DNA of 64,000 bases from contig JBHICG010000011.1 of the NCBI GenBank assembly GCA_046759445.1, positions 1-64,000 on the forward strand, in the 5' to 3' direction. The DNA comes from Candidatus Scalinduaceae bacterium (lineage in GTDB: Bacteria > Planctomycetota > Brocadiia > Brocadiales > Scalinduaceae). Shown here piece after piece: positions 40,114-51,803 of this stretch (within the stretch, counting starts at the first letter, position 1; each line of letters opens with the position of its first letter). The translations under genes were made by a program, and so were the position numbers. Under the pieces are notes generated by a model, which made no database searches, was not told the origin of the DNA, and was given only the letters and a program-made list of their open reading frames with translations.

Positions 40114-40803
40114 ATGACAAAGACAAATTCTTCAAAAAAAGGGCTTGCAATCGTTCTATTAAGCGGAGGTCTTGATAGCTGTGTAACCACGGCTATTGCA
40201 AATGAAGAATACACTATCGCCCTACTCCATGTAAGATATTCACAGCGCACTCAGACAAGAGAATACGAGTCATTTAAGGACATTGCTAAATTTTATAAAG
40301 TGCCAGAAGCCAGGATTCTTGTCACGGAACTGGACTATTTAAAGAAAATAGGCGGTTCCAGTCTCACAGATTCTAGCATATCACCAGAAGATAGTAAAGC
40401 AAACGATAACATACCCATTACGTACGTACCGTTCAGGAATACGCATCTATTATCAATAGCTGTGTCATGGGCTGAGGTTATTAAGGCAGAAAAGATATTT
40501 ATTGGAGCCGTTGAACAGGATAGTCCCAACTATCCCGATTGCAGGGCAGAATACTATGATGCCTTTAACAGATTAGTTGAAGTGGGGACAAGGCCTTCAA
40601 CTGACATAAAAGTGGTAACCTCCCTATTGAGTATGAATAAATCCGAGATAGTCAAAAAAGGGATCGAACTGAATGCCCCCCTACACCTTACCTGGTCCTG
40701 CTATGAAAATAATGATAAGGCCTGTGGTCGTTGTCAAAGCTGTATACTGCGCCTGAAGGCATTTAAAGATGCAGGAGTTGAAGATAGAATCCCTTATACT
40801 TAG
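40114..40803 (+). CDS. queC: 7-cyano-7-deazaguanine synthase (start likely 40114)
   Basis: LLSGGLDS, TYVPFRN, YPDCR and TWSCY...CGRCQSC. Confidence 0.95.
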   Translation: MTKTNSSKKGLAIVLLSGGLDSCVTTAIANEEYTIALLHVRYSQRTQTREYESFKDIAKFYKVPEARILVTELDYLKKIGGSSLTDSSISPEDSKANDNIPITYVPFRNTHLLSIAVSWAEVIKAEKIFIGAVEQDSPNYPDCRAEYYDAFNRLVEVGTRPSTDIKVVTSLLSMNKSEIVKKGIELNAPLHLTWSCYENNDKACGRCQSCILRLKAFKDAGVEDRIPYT

Positions 40804-40856
40804 CTTGCTTTACAGATTTATTTATGATATTCTACCCCTAATCTTACTATTAAAAG

Positions 40857-41120
40857 ATGTCTAAAGAATTATCTATAGAAATTAGTTCACATGCTAAAGA
40901 GCAAATGTTTGAACGTGGAGTTTCTGAAAATGAGGTAAGAGTTGCTATACGTCAAGGAGAAGAAGAGCCAGCTAGGAAAGGTAGATTTATGTATAAAAAG
41001 AATTTCAGTTTCAAAAGAACGTGGAGAGGTAAGAAATATAACATTAAACAAGTAGTTCCACTAGTAGCAAAGGAAAGTGACAAACTAATTGTGGTCACAG
41101 TATATGCTTATTACTTTTAA
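40857..41120 (+). CDS. DUF4258-family (RelE-like) putative toxin
   Basis: SHAKEQMFERGVSENEV...LIVVTVY; paired with a DUF2283 gene. Confidence 0.7.
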   Translation: MSKELSIEISSHAKEQMFERGVSENEVRVAIRQGEEEPARKGRFMYKKNFSFKRTWRGKKYNIKQVVPLVAKESDKLIVVTVYAYYF

Positions 41121-41134
41121 CATAGGAGATAGTC

Positions 41135-41347
41135 GTGAAGATTAGTTACGATCCTACCGTAGATGCCCTATATATCAGATTTCTTGAAGGACCAATGGAA
41201 TGTGAAGTCCTTCGCTTGAACGATCGTGTGGCCGTTAATATGGGCCCGGGTGAGCAAGTTGTGGGCATTGAAGTGTTAGATGCTAGTGAAGTATTAGAAG
41301 GGTTAAAGGAGCAAAAGATACATCTTGAGAACCTTGTTGCATCTTGA
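41135..41347 (+). CDS. DUF2283-family putative antitoxin
   Basis: MKISYDPTVDALYIRF...VVGIEVLDAS. Confidence 0.8.
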   Translation: MKISYDPTVDALYIRFLEGPMECEVLRLNDRVAVNMGPGEQVVGIEVLDASEVLEGLKEQKIHLENLVAS

Positions 41348-41377
41348 CATTTAGGTATGTGTCAATAATTATCCAAC

Positions 41378-41515
41378 CTGAATGCCCCCCTACACCTCAC
41401 CTGGTCCTGTTATGAAAATAATGACAAGGCCTGTAGTCGTTGTCAAAGCTGTGTCTTACGATTACGTGCGTTTAAAGATGCAGGAGTTGAAGACAAAATC
41501 CCATATATCAAATGA
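41378..41515 (+). pseudogene. Duplicated 3' end of queC (45 codons plus stop)
   Basis: [45 protein letters not shown] aligns colinearly with 40669-40803. Confidence 0.92.
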
Positions 41516-41583
41516 AAAGCATTTATTAAATTGAGACATATCCCATATTGCACATTAGGGACATATCTCTAATTATTCATTTG

Positions 41584-42240
41584 TTAATCCTTAATTGCCT
41601 TTACTAGTCGGAATTTTGCCCCTTCTATCATTGGTCTACTAGAAACGCTTAAATTAAGTGTTCCAACTATTTCGACAACATCATTTTTTCTAAGCGAAAA
41701 CAATTCCGCTTTTCGTTTCTTATCAAAAGTGGCCATTGCACCATAATATAAATATTCTAATGTCTTGATATTAACATAAATTATTTCTTTATTTGAGCCA
41801 GACACAGATTCTACACACCCCTGTCATATCACATATTGACCATCCATTTTTTTTACAAACTTCTCCTGTTCAAGAAATCTGTCTTGTAGGCTATCATAGA
41901 CTCGAAAATAATCATCCATTGAGAGTTTATCATAGTTAGTAATGTTGGCAATATCGATCTCATTTTTCTTAGGGTCCTTTTTTGGTTTTACGTAATGCTT
42001 AGAATTATCAACAACTGTCGTAGAGCTTGATACTGCAGTTTTACTTTTGATATCATCATCAAAGAAACGAGTAGCTCTGTAAAGTGCAATCACGGCACCA
42101 ATTGTTTCAATTATCAGTGTAGCAAACAATGGCGTCAAATATTTATCTTGAATCTTAATTACGCTAGTAATCCCAAGTAACGTAATAACTGCAGTAGCAA
42201 CAAAAATGAATAAAAAAGTAAAGAAAAGAGTTTTTTTCAT
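41584..42240 (-). pseudogene. Two-TM plus putative OB-fold protein interrupted by an in-frame TGA (41826-41824)
   Basis: ORFs 41824-42240 and 41584-41805 share a frame: ...MDGQYVI*QGCVESVSGSNKEII... Confidence 0.6.
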
Positions 42241-42268
42241 AAAAGGCTTCTTTTTGGTTGATAATATT

Positions 42269-42982
42269 CTATTTAAATGGTTCTATTATCTCTACATCAT
42301 CAGGTAAATCCAGGACGAATGACTTCTCCGGTATCTCTGTGTTAATGCGAATGTTGCTCAATTCAAACGTATTTACGATCTCACCTTCACTCTCAAATAG
42401 CTGAAATTGTACTGGTAACCAGAGCCCTTCCTTAATCCACAACAAAGTCCTTGAATAATCGGAGTCAAAGGACTCTTTGGGAATCAGTTCTATGTGGAAT
42501 AATGTGCCCTCTTCCGTTGAAATATCGTCTAGTAGGGTAACGTCATAGCTTTCCTTTATCTTTTCTACATTATATTCATAACCAAGCTCGAATATGTCCG
42601 CTCTCTGTGGTGCGTTCATATCGCCGTTCATCTTATATTTTTCTACCTGTTTTTCTTCAGGATAGTAGATCCAGACGTATGTACCATCAATGACGTTAAT
42701 TTCGTTTCTTGGAGGAAAAAAGTTAAGATTAAGTTTCTTTGGCTTCTTATATTTTAATTTCCCGTCAGAGACCTCTTCTGAGTCGAGGAGGGAAATAACC
42801 CTTGAGTATTTTATGTCTGCCTCCATGGTCTTAAGCTGTGCATTGGCCTCTTCCACCTTTTTTAATATTGCTTCCAGTCTATCATTACCAACATTGGTTG
42901 AACAAAATAGATTAGTCGGTATGGATACTAATAAGCAAAAGGTAAAAGTAACAATAAAAATCGTGTAAATGGTTTTATTCAT
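42269..42982 (-). CDS. LolA-like outer-membrane lipoprotein carrier/sorting protein
   Basis: Signal peptide, GKLKYKKPKKL, VIDGTYVWIYYPEEKQV and ELIPK. Confidence 0.8.
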   Translation of the reverse strand: MNKTIYTIFIVTFTFCLLVSIPTNLFCSTNVGNDRLEAILKKVEEANAQLKTMEADIKYSRVISLLDSEEVSDGKLKYKKPKKLNLNFFPPRNEINVIDGTYVWIYYPEEKQVEKYKMNGDMNAPQRADIFELGYEYNVEKIKESYDVTLLDDISTEEGTLFHIELIPKESFDSDYSRTLLWIKEGLWLPVQFQLFESEGEIVNTFELSNIRINTEIPEKSFVLDLPDDVEIIEPFK

Positions 42983-43404
42983 TTTAAATATTTTAGGATA
43001 TAGTCACAGTACTTAACATACTGGCTTATTGCATCACCTACTTTTTTATAGATCACTACTTTGTTCAAGTCATTATACTCATGGACGATTACGTTTCTCA
43101 ATCCTGCACTCCTTGAAATATCTTCGCCAAAGTCTTTTGGTAAAATGTCTAAATCACCCAGGATTGTGAATGTTTCACGGTATGTTTTTGGAGCTTCTAT
43201 GTCAGGTCCGGCTAGTTCATAAATAAGATGTTCGTTAATATCAATAGCCCTGCCAATTGTTACCATTAAGATATTCTTAAGTGCTGCAAAATTTATAAAA
43301 TCTTCTGATATTTGATCAATGGAGAGGTCAGAAAATACACCTAATCTTTTTAAGTCGCGAGTAATTAAGTTTATCTTTTCTACAATGAATTCTCTATCAA
43401 TCAA
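42979..43404 (-). CDS. HEPN (DUF86) ribonuclease toxin, HepT-like
   Basis: Rx4HxY motif GLRNVIVHEY; downstream of an MNT gene. Confidence 0.85.
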   Translation of the reverse strand: MIDREFIVEKINLITRDLKRLGVFSDLSIDQISEDFINFAALKNILMVTIGRAIDINEHLIYELAGPDIEAPKTYRETFTILGDLDILPKDFGEDISRSAGLRNVIVHEYNDLNKVVIYKKVGDAISQYVKYCDYILKYLK

Positions 43405-43415
43405 AAAAAATGTGG

Positions 43416-43829
43416 TTAGATTTTAAAACTTTGCACTCGTTTTTTAGTTAAGGTTTCTTTTAATCTTAATAAATCCTTGCTGTCATGGTAATCACGGAAG
43501 GCATAGGCCTTAAAGATGTTATAATCATAACTTCTGCCATAAAGGAGGATCGCATTTCGCATTACCTGATAACGAAATAGTGCGTCAGTACTATGTAAGG
43601 ATTTAACATCAATTTCTTTAACTTCAAAGATTTGTGCAAATTCATTATGCAAACCAATTAATTCCTCAGTAGATATTGGCCTAATTCCCAAAACAGCAAT
43701 GTCGATATCACTATCTTTACTGATCTTTCCTCGCGCTTGCGAACCGTACAGGAGTACCAATGAAAGATTGTGCTTTTTAGCAAGTTTCCCTATTTCTGGT
43801 TTTAAATTTTCCATGTCTTTCTTTACCAT
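43416..43829 (-). CDS. Minimal nucleotidyltransferase antitoxin, MntA-like
   Basis: LYGSQARG...SDIDIAV and IDVKSL. Confidence 0.85.
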   Translation of the reverse strand: MVKKDMENLKPEIGKLAKKHNLSLVLLYGSQARGKISKDSDIDIAVLGIRPISTEELIGLHNEFAQIFEVKEIDVKSLHSTDALFRYQVMRNAILLYGRSYDYNIFKAYAFRDYHDSKDLLRLKETLTKKRVQSFKI

Positions 43830-43946
43830 AATGTTTTTAACATACCATAAGCTACTGAAAAATCAAGTAATTCCAGAGGCCACCCGTTAAATTACCTCCC
43901 TCCCTCTTTATATGTTGACAGTAAATAAGGCAATTGTTACGATAAG

Positions 43947-44130
43947 GGGCAAATATGTCCCGTAAGGCCCCATGAGTTTTGCCGTAGAGGGCAAATATGT
44001 CACGTAAGGCACCATGAGGTTTGCCGTAATGGGCAAATATGTACAGTAAGGCAACATAAGCTTTGCCGTAGAGGGCAAATATGTCCCATAAGAGATAATA
44101 GACTTTGACGTAGTGAGCAAATTTATCCAT
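43947..44130. repeat. 42-bp tandem repeat, about 4.3 degenerate units
   Basis: GGGCAAATATGT at 43947, 43989, 44031 and 44073, plus GAGCAAATTTAT at 44115. Confidence 0.9.
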
Positions 44131-44190
44131 ATCACCCCCCTATTCACAACTTCTAAAGTTAAACTATGTGCATATTCAAGGTTAATTTAA

Positions 44191-44352
44191 CCTAAATTGA
44201 GCGATTTTATATGTATGTCAATGTAGCCGCAGGCTTAAGGCAATCTTAAGATTGCCTTAAGCCTGCGTTTCCTATCATCTGATGAGTTTATGACAATTTC
44301 ACGTAAGTTACGCAACCTGAAGGTTGCGGCTACAAAAATCGCTCAATTTAGA
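44191..44352. mobile_element. MITE-like element, copy 2 (162 bp, inverted relative to copy 1)
   Basis: Same TIR with one terminal mismatch; 5-bp direct repeat TTTAA (44186-90 and 44353-57); interior is the reverse complement of 33264-33404 with an expanded palindrome. Confidence 0.85.
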
Positions 44353-44373
44353 TTTAAATAATGAGCTAAATTA

Positions 44374-45243
44374 ATGACAAATACATTTGCTATCATTGGA
44401 GGAAGTGAAGCTTACAATCTGTTGATGTCTGATAAATTAAAGGAGGAACGTATTGGCCAGATCAAGACTCCTTTTGGAGCGTCTGAGGCAATATTCAAAA
44501 TAACTGGCGATAAAAAAAGCTTTTTGTTTCTTTCACGACATGGTGAGAAAGGGTATTCCAAAACGGCACCGTATGTTAACTACCGGGCTAATATATATGC
44601 GCTAAAAGAACTTAAAGTAAAACAGGTAATATCCTGGTCAGGTCCGGGCGCCATTAATCCTAAATATGAGATTGGCCAATATGTTGTTGTTGATGATTTG
44701 ATTGATGAAACTAAAAACAGAGAATATACCTTTTACGAAAACAAGGGAATAGGCTTCATTAGGCAAAGTCCCGTATTCTGCCCGGGTTTGCGGCAATGCA
44801 TTATCGACACAATGAAATCACTTAAATTTAATTATGCAGGACATGGCACTTATGTATGTACACAGGGCCCCCGACTCGAGACCCCTGCTGAAATAAAAAA
44901 GTACATCTCTTTCGGATCTGACCTGATTGGAATGACACTGGTACCGGAGGTATTTCTTGCGAAGGAACTTGAGATGTGCTATGCCTCTATATGTTACGTT
45001 ACCAATTATGCAGAAGGTATTACGGATAGTGAATATCGGCCGGGTGAACTATTTGAAGGACTCTCATCAGATAAGGATAGAAAAGCCGTCAAAGATAGTG
45101 TTAGTAATTTTCCGGCTATTATGGAGAGGCTGGCAAGTAATATTGGCAAGCACAGCATAAATTGTAAATGTCAATTGTCAATGGAGCGTTATAGAAAGGA
45201 AGGCATAATAGGAGATGATTGGCATGAGTGGGTAACTCTATAA
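44374..45243 (+). CDS. mtnP: MTAP-family purine nucleoside phosphorylase (probably 6-oxopurine/MTI-specific)
   Basis: IIGGS, TPFG, LSRHG, VNYRANIYAL, QGPRLETPAE, GMTLVPE and VTNYA. Confidence 0.8.
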   Translation: MTNTFAIIGGSEAYNLLMSDKLKEERIGQIKTPFGASEAIFKITGDKKSFLFLSRHGEKGYSKTAPYVNYRANIYALKELKVKQVISWSGPGAINPKYEIGQYVVVDDLIDETKNREYTFYENKGIGFIRQSPVFCPGLRQCIIDTMKSLKFNYAGHGTYVCTQGPRLETPAEIKKYISFGSDLIGMTLVPEVFLAKELEMCYASICYVTNYAEGITDSEYRPGELFEGLSSDKDRKAVKDSVSNFPAIMERLASNIGKHSINCKCQLSMERYRKEGIIGDDWHEWVTL

Positions 45244-45388
45244 TATTACCCTTTCTAATAATTTTGTAACTATTTAATGTATTGTAGAAAATCCTTTAAA
45301 TTGAGTTATATGGCTATGCCGCCATTTAGTCATGCGCTTCGCTGTCATTAGGTAACAGGCTATCCGGGAATTGGGAATAAGTTTTATT

Positions 45389-45468
45389 GTCATTCTAAAC
45401 TTGTTTCAGTATCTGTAACTACGAGTTGTTAATGAGAACATAAGATTTCTGATCAAGTCCGAAATGAC
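45389..45468. repeat. Degenerate GTCATT...AATGAC palindromic REP-like element
   Basis: GTCATTCTAAACTTGTTTCAGTATCT and AGATTTCTGATCAAGTCCGAAATGAC form imperfect inverted arms. Confidence 0.6.
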
Positions 45469-45495
45469 ATTTCTCAGACATCCTGAAAAAGTGTT

Positions 45496-48023
<2,528 letters not shown>

Positions 48024-48089
48024 ACAAACCCTCTTATATTACACTATGTGTGTAATCTACTTCACCAGTTACCTGTACTTTTATAGCAT

Positions 48090-48563
48090 CTACCTTTTAA
48101 TCAATGTAACCACTGCTTGAGCGGCAGCAGCCTCTAACCTCCCTATAGAATCCATACCCTCTGTTGTTGTTGCCTTAATATTTACTCTCTCAGGCGTAAT
48201 CTTTAAAATCTCTGAAATACGCTCTACCATTTTCCTTTTATGTTTACTAATTTTTGGCTCTTGTGCAATAAAAACAACATCAACGTTATTTACTATTAGG
48301 CCTTTTTCATTTACCAGTTTATTAATTTTATTAAGTAATATCTGGCTGGAGACGTCTTTCCATTCGTGGTCTGTATCCGGGAAAAGCTCACCTATATCAC
48401 CCAATGAAGCAGCACCCAGTATTGCATCACCAATAGCATGTAGAACTACATCGGCGTCGGAATGTCCTAATAATCCTAAAGGATAATCAAAACTAATACC
48501 CCCCAGTATTAATTTTCTATTTTTTGAAAATTTATGAACATCATAGCCTATTCCCACATACAT
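48090..48563 (-). CDS. ispF: 2-C-methyl-D-erythritol 2,4-cyclodiphosphate synthase
   Basis: GIGYDVH, GHSDADV, GDIGELFPD and NIKATTTE. Confidence 0.96.
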   Translation of the reverse strand: MYVGIGYDVHKFSKNRKLILGGISFDYPLGLLGHSDADVVLHAIGDAILGAASLGDIGELFPDTDHEWKDVSSQILLNKINKLVNEKGLIVNNVDVVFIAQEPKISKHKRKMVERISEILKITPERVNIKATTTEGMDSIGRLEAAAAQAVVTLIKR

Positions 48564-48587
48564 AACACAGGTATGAGATATAATATT

Positions 48588-49373
48588 CTAATAGCCTTGT
48601 TTCCTGAGCTCGTCTAGTCTTGACGCAGCTATTTTTTTATAATCTTCGTTTTTGCACATCTTCGATGCCAATTCATAGTATTGTACTGCACTTGCATAAT
48701 CCTTAAGATACAAATCATAAACCCTTGCTGCCATGTAACGGGCTGGTTTCTCGGTGTTTGGATTCAATTCGTATGATTTTACATAGTAAGCTACAGAACT
48801 TTCATAATCTTTAAAATATAGGCTCTCATAAATTTCAGCAATTTCATATGCTGCTTCACTCACCTTATCGCTTTCTGGATAATCATTTAATAACTTTTCA
48901 AATCTATCAAGGGCCGATATTAATTTTGTTTTCTTCTTGAACGGACTTAAAGAGTTCTTATACATCTTGCCATCCTGAAAAAGAATATTTGCCTCTTCGA
49001 TATTTTTTGAAGGTTTTATTTTTACAGCCTTTTCTTTGACCATAAGGTATTTGGGTTGCGGTACTTTCTTAAGCGCCTTTAGTTCCTTCCTCGCATTTTG
49101 TAATCTGAGTTGATAACCAATATCTAAATAAAATTGTATCAATTCCATCAGGGCATTCTCATAGTATTTTCTTGAAGAATCTAAAGCTTTCAGGATTTGT
49201 TCTTCCCTGGATTTCATATCTAAGAGACTCACAGAAGTTTTCTGCTTACAGGCTTCGCAATACTTTTCACCTTCAGGAATCCTTTCATAACAATAGTTAC
49301 AACTTGCCGCCCATGTGTTACCTGAATAACTAATAATTGTAATTGTCAATAACATAATTGCGAACTTTCTCAT
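48588..49373 (-). CDS. Exported TPR protein with N-terminal CxxC-x10-CxxC zinc ribbon
   Basis: Signal peptide (TWAAS), CNYC..CEAC, BamD/YbgF-like YPESDKVSEAAYEIAEIYE. Confidence 0.7.
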   Translation of the reverse strand: MRKFAIMLLTITIISYSGNTWAASCNYCYERIPEGEKYCEACKQKTSVSLLDMKSREEQILKALDSSRKYYENALMELIQFYLDIGYQLRLQNARKELKALKKVPQPKYLMVKEKAVKIKPSKNIEEANILFQDGKMYKNSLSPFKKKTKLISALDRFEKLLNDYPESDKVSEAAYEIAEIYESLYFKDYESSVAYYVKSYELNPNTEKPARYMAARVYDLYLKDYASAVQYYELASKMCKNEDYKKIAASRLDELRKQGY

Positions 49374-49418
49374 CTTTATCCTCTTTATTTTATTAAATGT
49401 TTTATATTCCAACTTTAC

Positions 49419-51164
49419 TTAATTTTGACATCTTCTACGAATAAGCTCCTTCGTTCGTTCATAGAGCATTTTTAAATCAGAAATCTGCCTGTTAATTTCC
49501 TCCCTTTCAGACCATCTTGTGTCGCGATAGGCTGATATCTTATTCCCTATATCTTCAATAACTCTATCTACAACCTTTTCAAATTCAAACAACATTAAAC
49601 TGTTAAATCGTTCACATATTGCATCTATTCTTTTCACAAATTGTCTTCTGAATTTTTTTCTCTTTAACGGATAAATTGACAATCCAACTCCTGCTAGAAT
49701 TATAGCTACCGTAATACCAAGTACATTAGGAATAACAAATGATAAAAATGTGGAAAGGCTTATTAAAATACAAACCGCTAGCCCCTCCAAAACAATAAAA
49801 TTTACAAAACCGTTTTGTATTAATCTATATATCCGTGCACTCTCTATTTCACTGTCAAGTTCTTGAAATTGTTTTGTGTATTCTCTAATATTGACATACT
49901 TTTCAGACTCTTGGCTTTTAAAATATAACTCCTTACGTACTGGTGTAGCATCGTTTGTTCGACGTTGTAGGGTTATCTCTGCCTCAATATAATCATGAGC
50001 CATATCCCACAGCACATCATTATTACGATCAACATATTCGATAGCATCATTTATTGTTCTATCCAACTCTGATTTTGGGTTTGCTAGATCAAAGACCTCT
50101 CTCTTAAACTTGTCCTCAATTTTTTCTCGCGCAAACTTCATGGTTATTATTGATCTCGTATTTACATAATAATTCAAAAAGCTGTCAACCTTCTCTTTTA
50201 ATCTGGAGAAAATGGATTTGATTTCAGTCTTATATTTATAAATGTATTCTCTCATATCCTCTTTTTTGTTTCTTAGCCGCTTTTCGAACATTTCTACACT
50301 CTTTATCTCGCTGTTACAATGTGCTATTTTTTTGTTGAGATTATTTTTGAGTTCATCAAAAACATTTAGTAAGTATTTCAAGGGGCTTGAAATCTTAAAG
50401 TCCATCTTTGTTTCATAATCCAACTTTTCGTAAATAAAAGTTTCAATTTCCTCAATGTTGCTCTTTTGTAATAATTCTTTATCACCGGATATCTTTGCAC
50501 TATGAGCGTCTTTTGTTGATAAGTTAATAATTTTTGGTTCAAAACCAAATAGTCTGTAAAAGTTTTTTTCTATAAAAGGTATTATTTCTTTTAATTCATC
50601 TTCGTCTTTCAAATCTATTTTGTTCAGTATAAACAGCAGCTTTCTATCCCATTTGCCTTTTAGTAATTGAAGAAATACCCTCTCACTTTCCGTTAAAGGA
50701 TGGTCTGATGAAGTAACAAATAGTACTAATTCTGCCCTGTGAATGAATCCTTCCGTAATAATCTGATGTTCTGTGATTATGGAGTTTGTCCCTGGCGTAT
50801 CTACAATGATGATATCCTTTAATGGCTCTAAAGGGTATGTAATCTTGCATTGGTGATCATCAATTTCCTCAGAAGATTTTTCTTCTCCATAAGTCAAAAG
50901 AGTAATTTTATGCGTTGAAGGTGTAGGCCCATCAGGTAGAATTCTTTCTCCACAAAGAGCATTAACAAAACTGGATTTCCCAGAGTTATATTCTCCAACT
51001 ACAACTAAATATAGAGGTTCCTTCGTTTGGGCGGCCATCTCTGATACCTTTTTCTCTAAAGAAACATCCCCAACTCTATAAAAGAACTTCTTAGCTTCTT
51101 CTAAAAGATCCACTACCTGCACAATAGTATCATGAATATCTTCGGTTTGTATTACATTCAACAT
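49419..51164 (-). CDS. Bacterial dynamin-like GTPase with C-terminal TM hairpin
   Basis: G1 GEYNSGKSS, G2 TPST, G3 DTPG and G4 NKID; long helical stalk; two hydrophobic helices. Confidence 0.85.
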   Translation of the reverse strand: MLNVIQTEDIHDTIVQVVDLLEEAKKFFYRVGDVSLEKKVSEMAAQTKEPLYLVVVGEYNSGKSSFVNALCGERILPDGPTPSTHKITLLTYGEEKSSEEIDDHQCKITYPLEPLKDIIIVDTPGTNSIITEHQIITEGFIHRAELVLFVTSSDHPLTESERVFLQLLKGKWDRKLLFILNKIDLKDEDELKEIIPFIEKNFYRLFGFEPKIINLSTKDAHSAKISGDKELLQKSNIEEIETFIYEKLDYETKMDFKISSPLKYLLNVFDELKNNLNKKIAHCNSEIKSVEMFEKRLRNKKEDMREYIYKYKTEIKSIFSRLKEKVDSFLNYYVNTRSIITMKFAREKIEDKFKREVFDLANPKSELDRTINDAIEYVDRNNDVLWDMAHDYIEAEITLQRRTNDATPVRKELYFKSQESEKYVNIREYTKQFQELDSEIESARIYRLIQNGFVNFIVLEGLAVCILISLSTFLSFVIPNVLGITVAIILAGVGLSIYPLKRKKFRRQFVKRIDAICERFNSLMLFEFEKVVDRVIEDIGNKISAYRDTRWSEREEINRQISDLKMLYERTKELIRRRCQN

Positions 51165-51282
51165 AGTTCAGTCTCTCACGCTATTTCTTATGATTATAAA
51201 GCACCTAACAAATTGCCAAATGAACCGTAAATTATAAGTTATCACATTTAAGCGTCAAGTAAATTTTCTTGTTTCTATTTTC

Positions 51283-51669
51283 TTATTTATTTATGCAGGC
51301 TATTGCATCAATCTCTATATTAGCGTCTTTAGGTAATCTCGATACCTGGACAGTAGACCTGGCAGGTGGAGAACCTTCAAAATATTGTGCATAAGTTTCA
51401 TTAATCATTGTATAATTTTCAATTTTTGTCAAATAAATAGTTGTTCGCAATACATTTTGAAGAGAAGATCCGCTAGCTTCTAATATATTTTTTAGATTTT
51501 CGAGTACCTGTTTTGTTTGTTCCTTGATATTGTCTTTTAAGATATCACCAGATTTTGGATCTATAGGTATTTGACCGGAAACAAATACCAGATTGTCAAA
51601 CCGAATTGCTTGAGAATAAGGCCCTATTGCGCTAGGCGACTTTCTTGTCGAAACGACTTTTTTATTCAT
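51283..51669 (-). CDS. ridA: RidA/YjgF enamine deaminase
   Basis: AIGPYSQA, VSGQIP and PARSTVQVSRLPK..IEIDAIA. Confidence 0.93.
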   Translation of the reverse strand: MNKKVVSTRKSPSAIGPYSQAIRFDNLVFVSGQIPIDPKSGDILKDNIKEQTKQVLENLKNILEASGSSLQNVLRTTIYLTKIENYTMINETYAQYFEGSPPARSTVQVSRLPKDANIEIDAIACINK

Positions 51670-51803
51670 TCCATTCCTCCAATTTTTTCAAGATTTTTTG
51701 TCCCAACTATCCATTTTGCCCCCTAAGATATTCCTTTTTATCAACTTTAAGCAGATATACTCTTGAATTTAATGTGTTGTTCTGATATTTTAAAACTGAG
51801 GAA

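Noticed and set aside
43947..44130. Possible CRISPR array
   Set aside because: Units are similar along their whole 42-bp length, with no unique spacers and no cas genes
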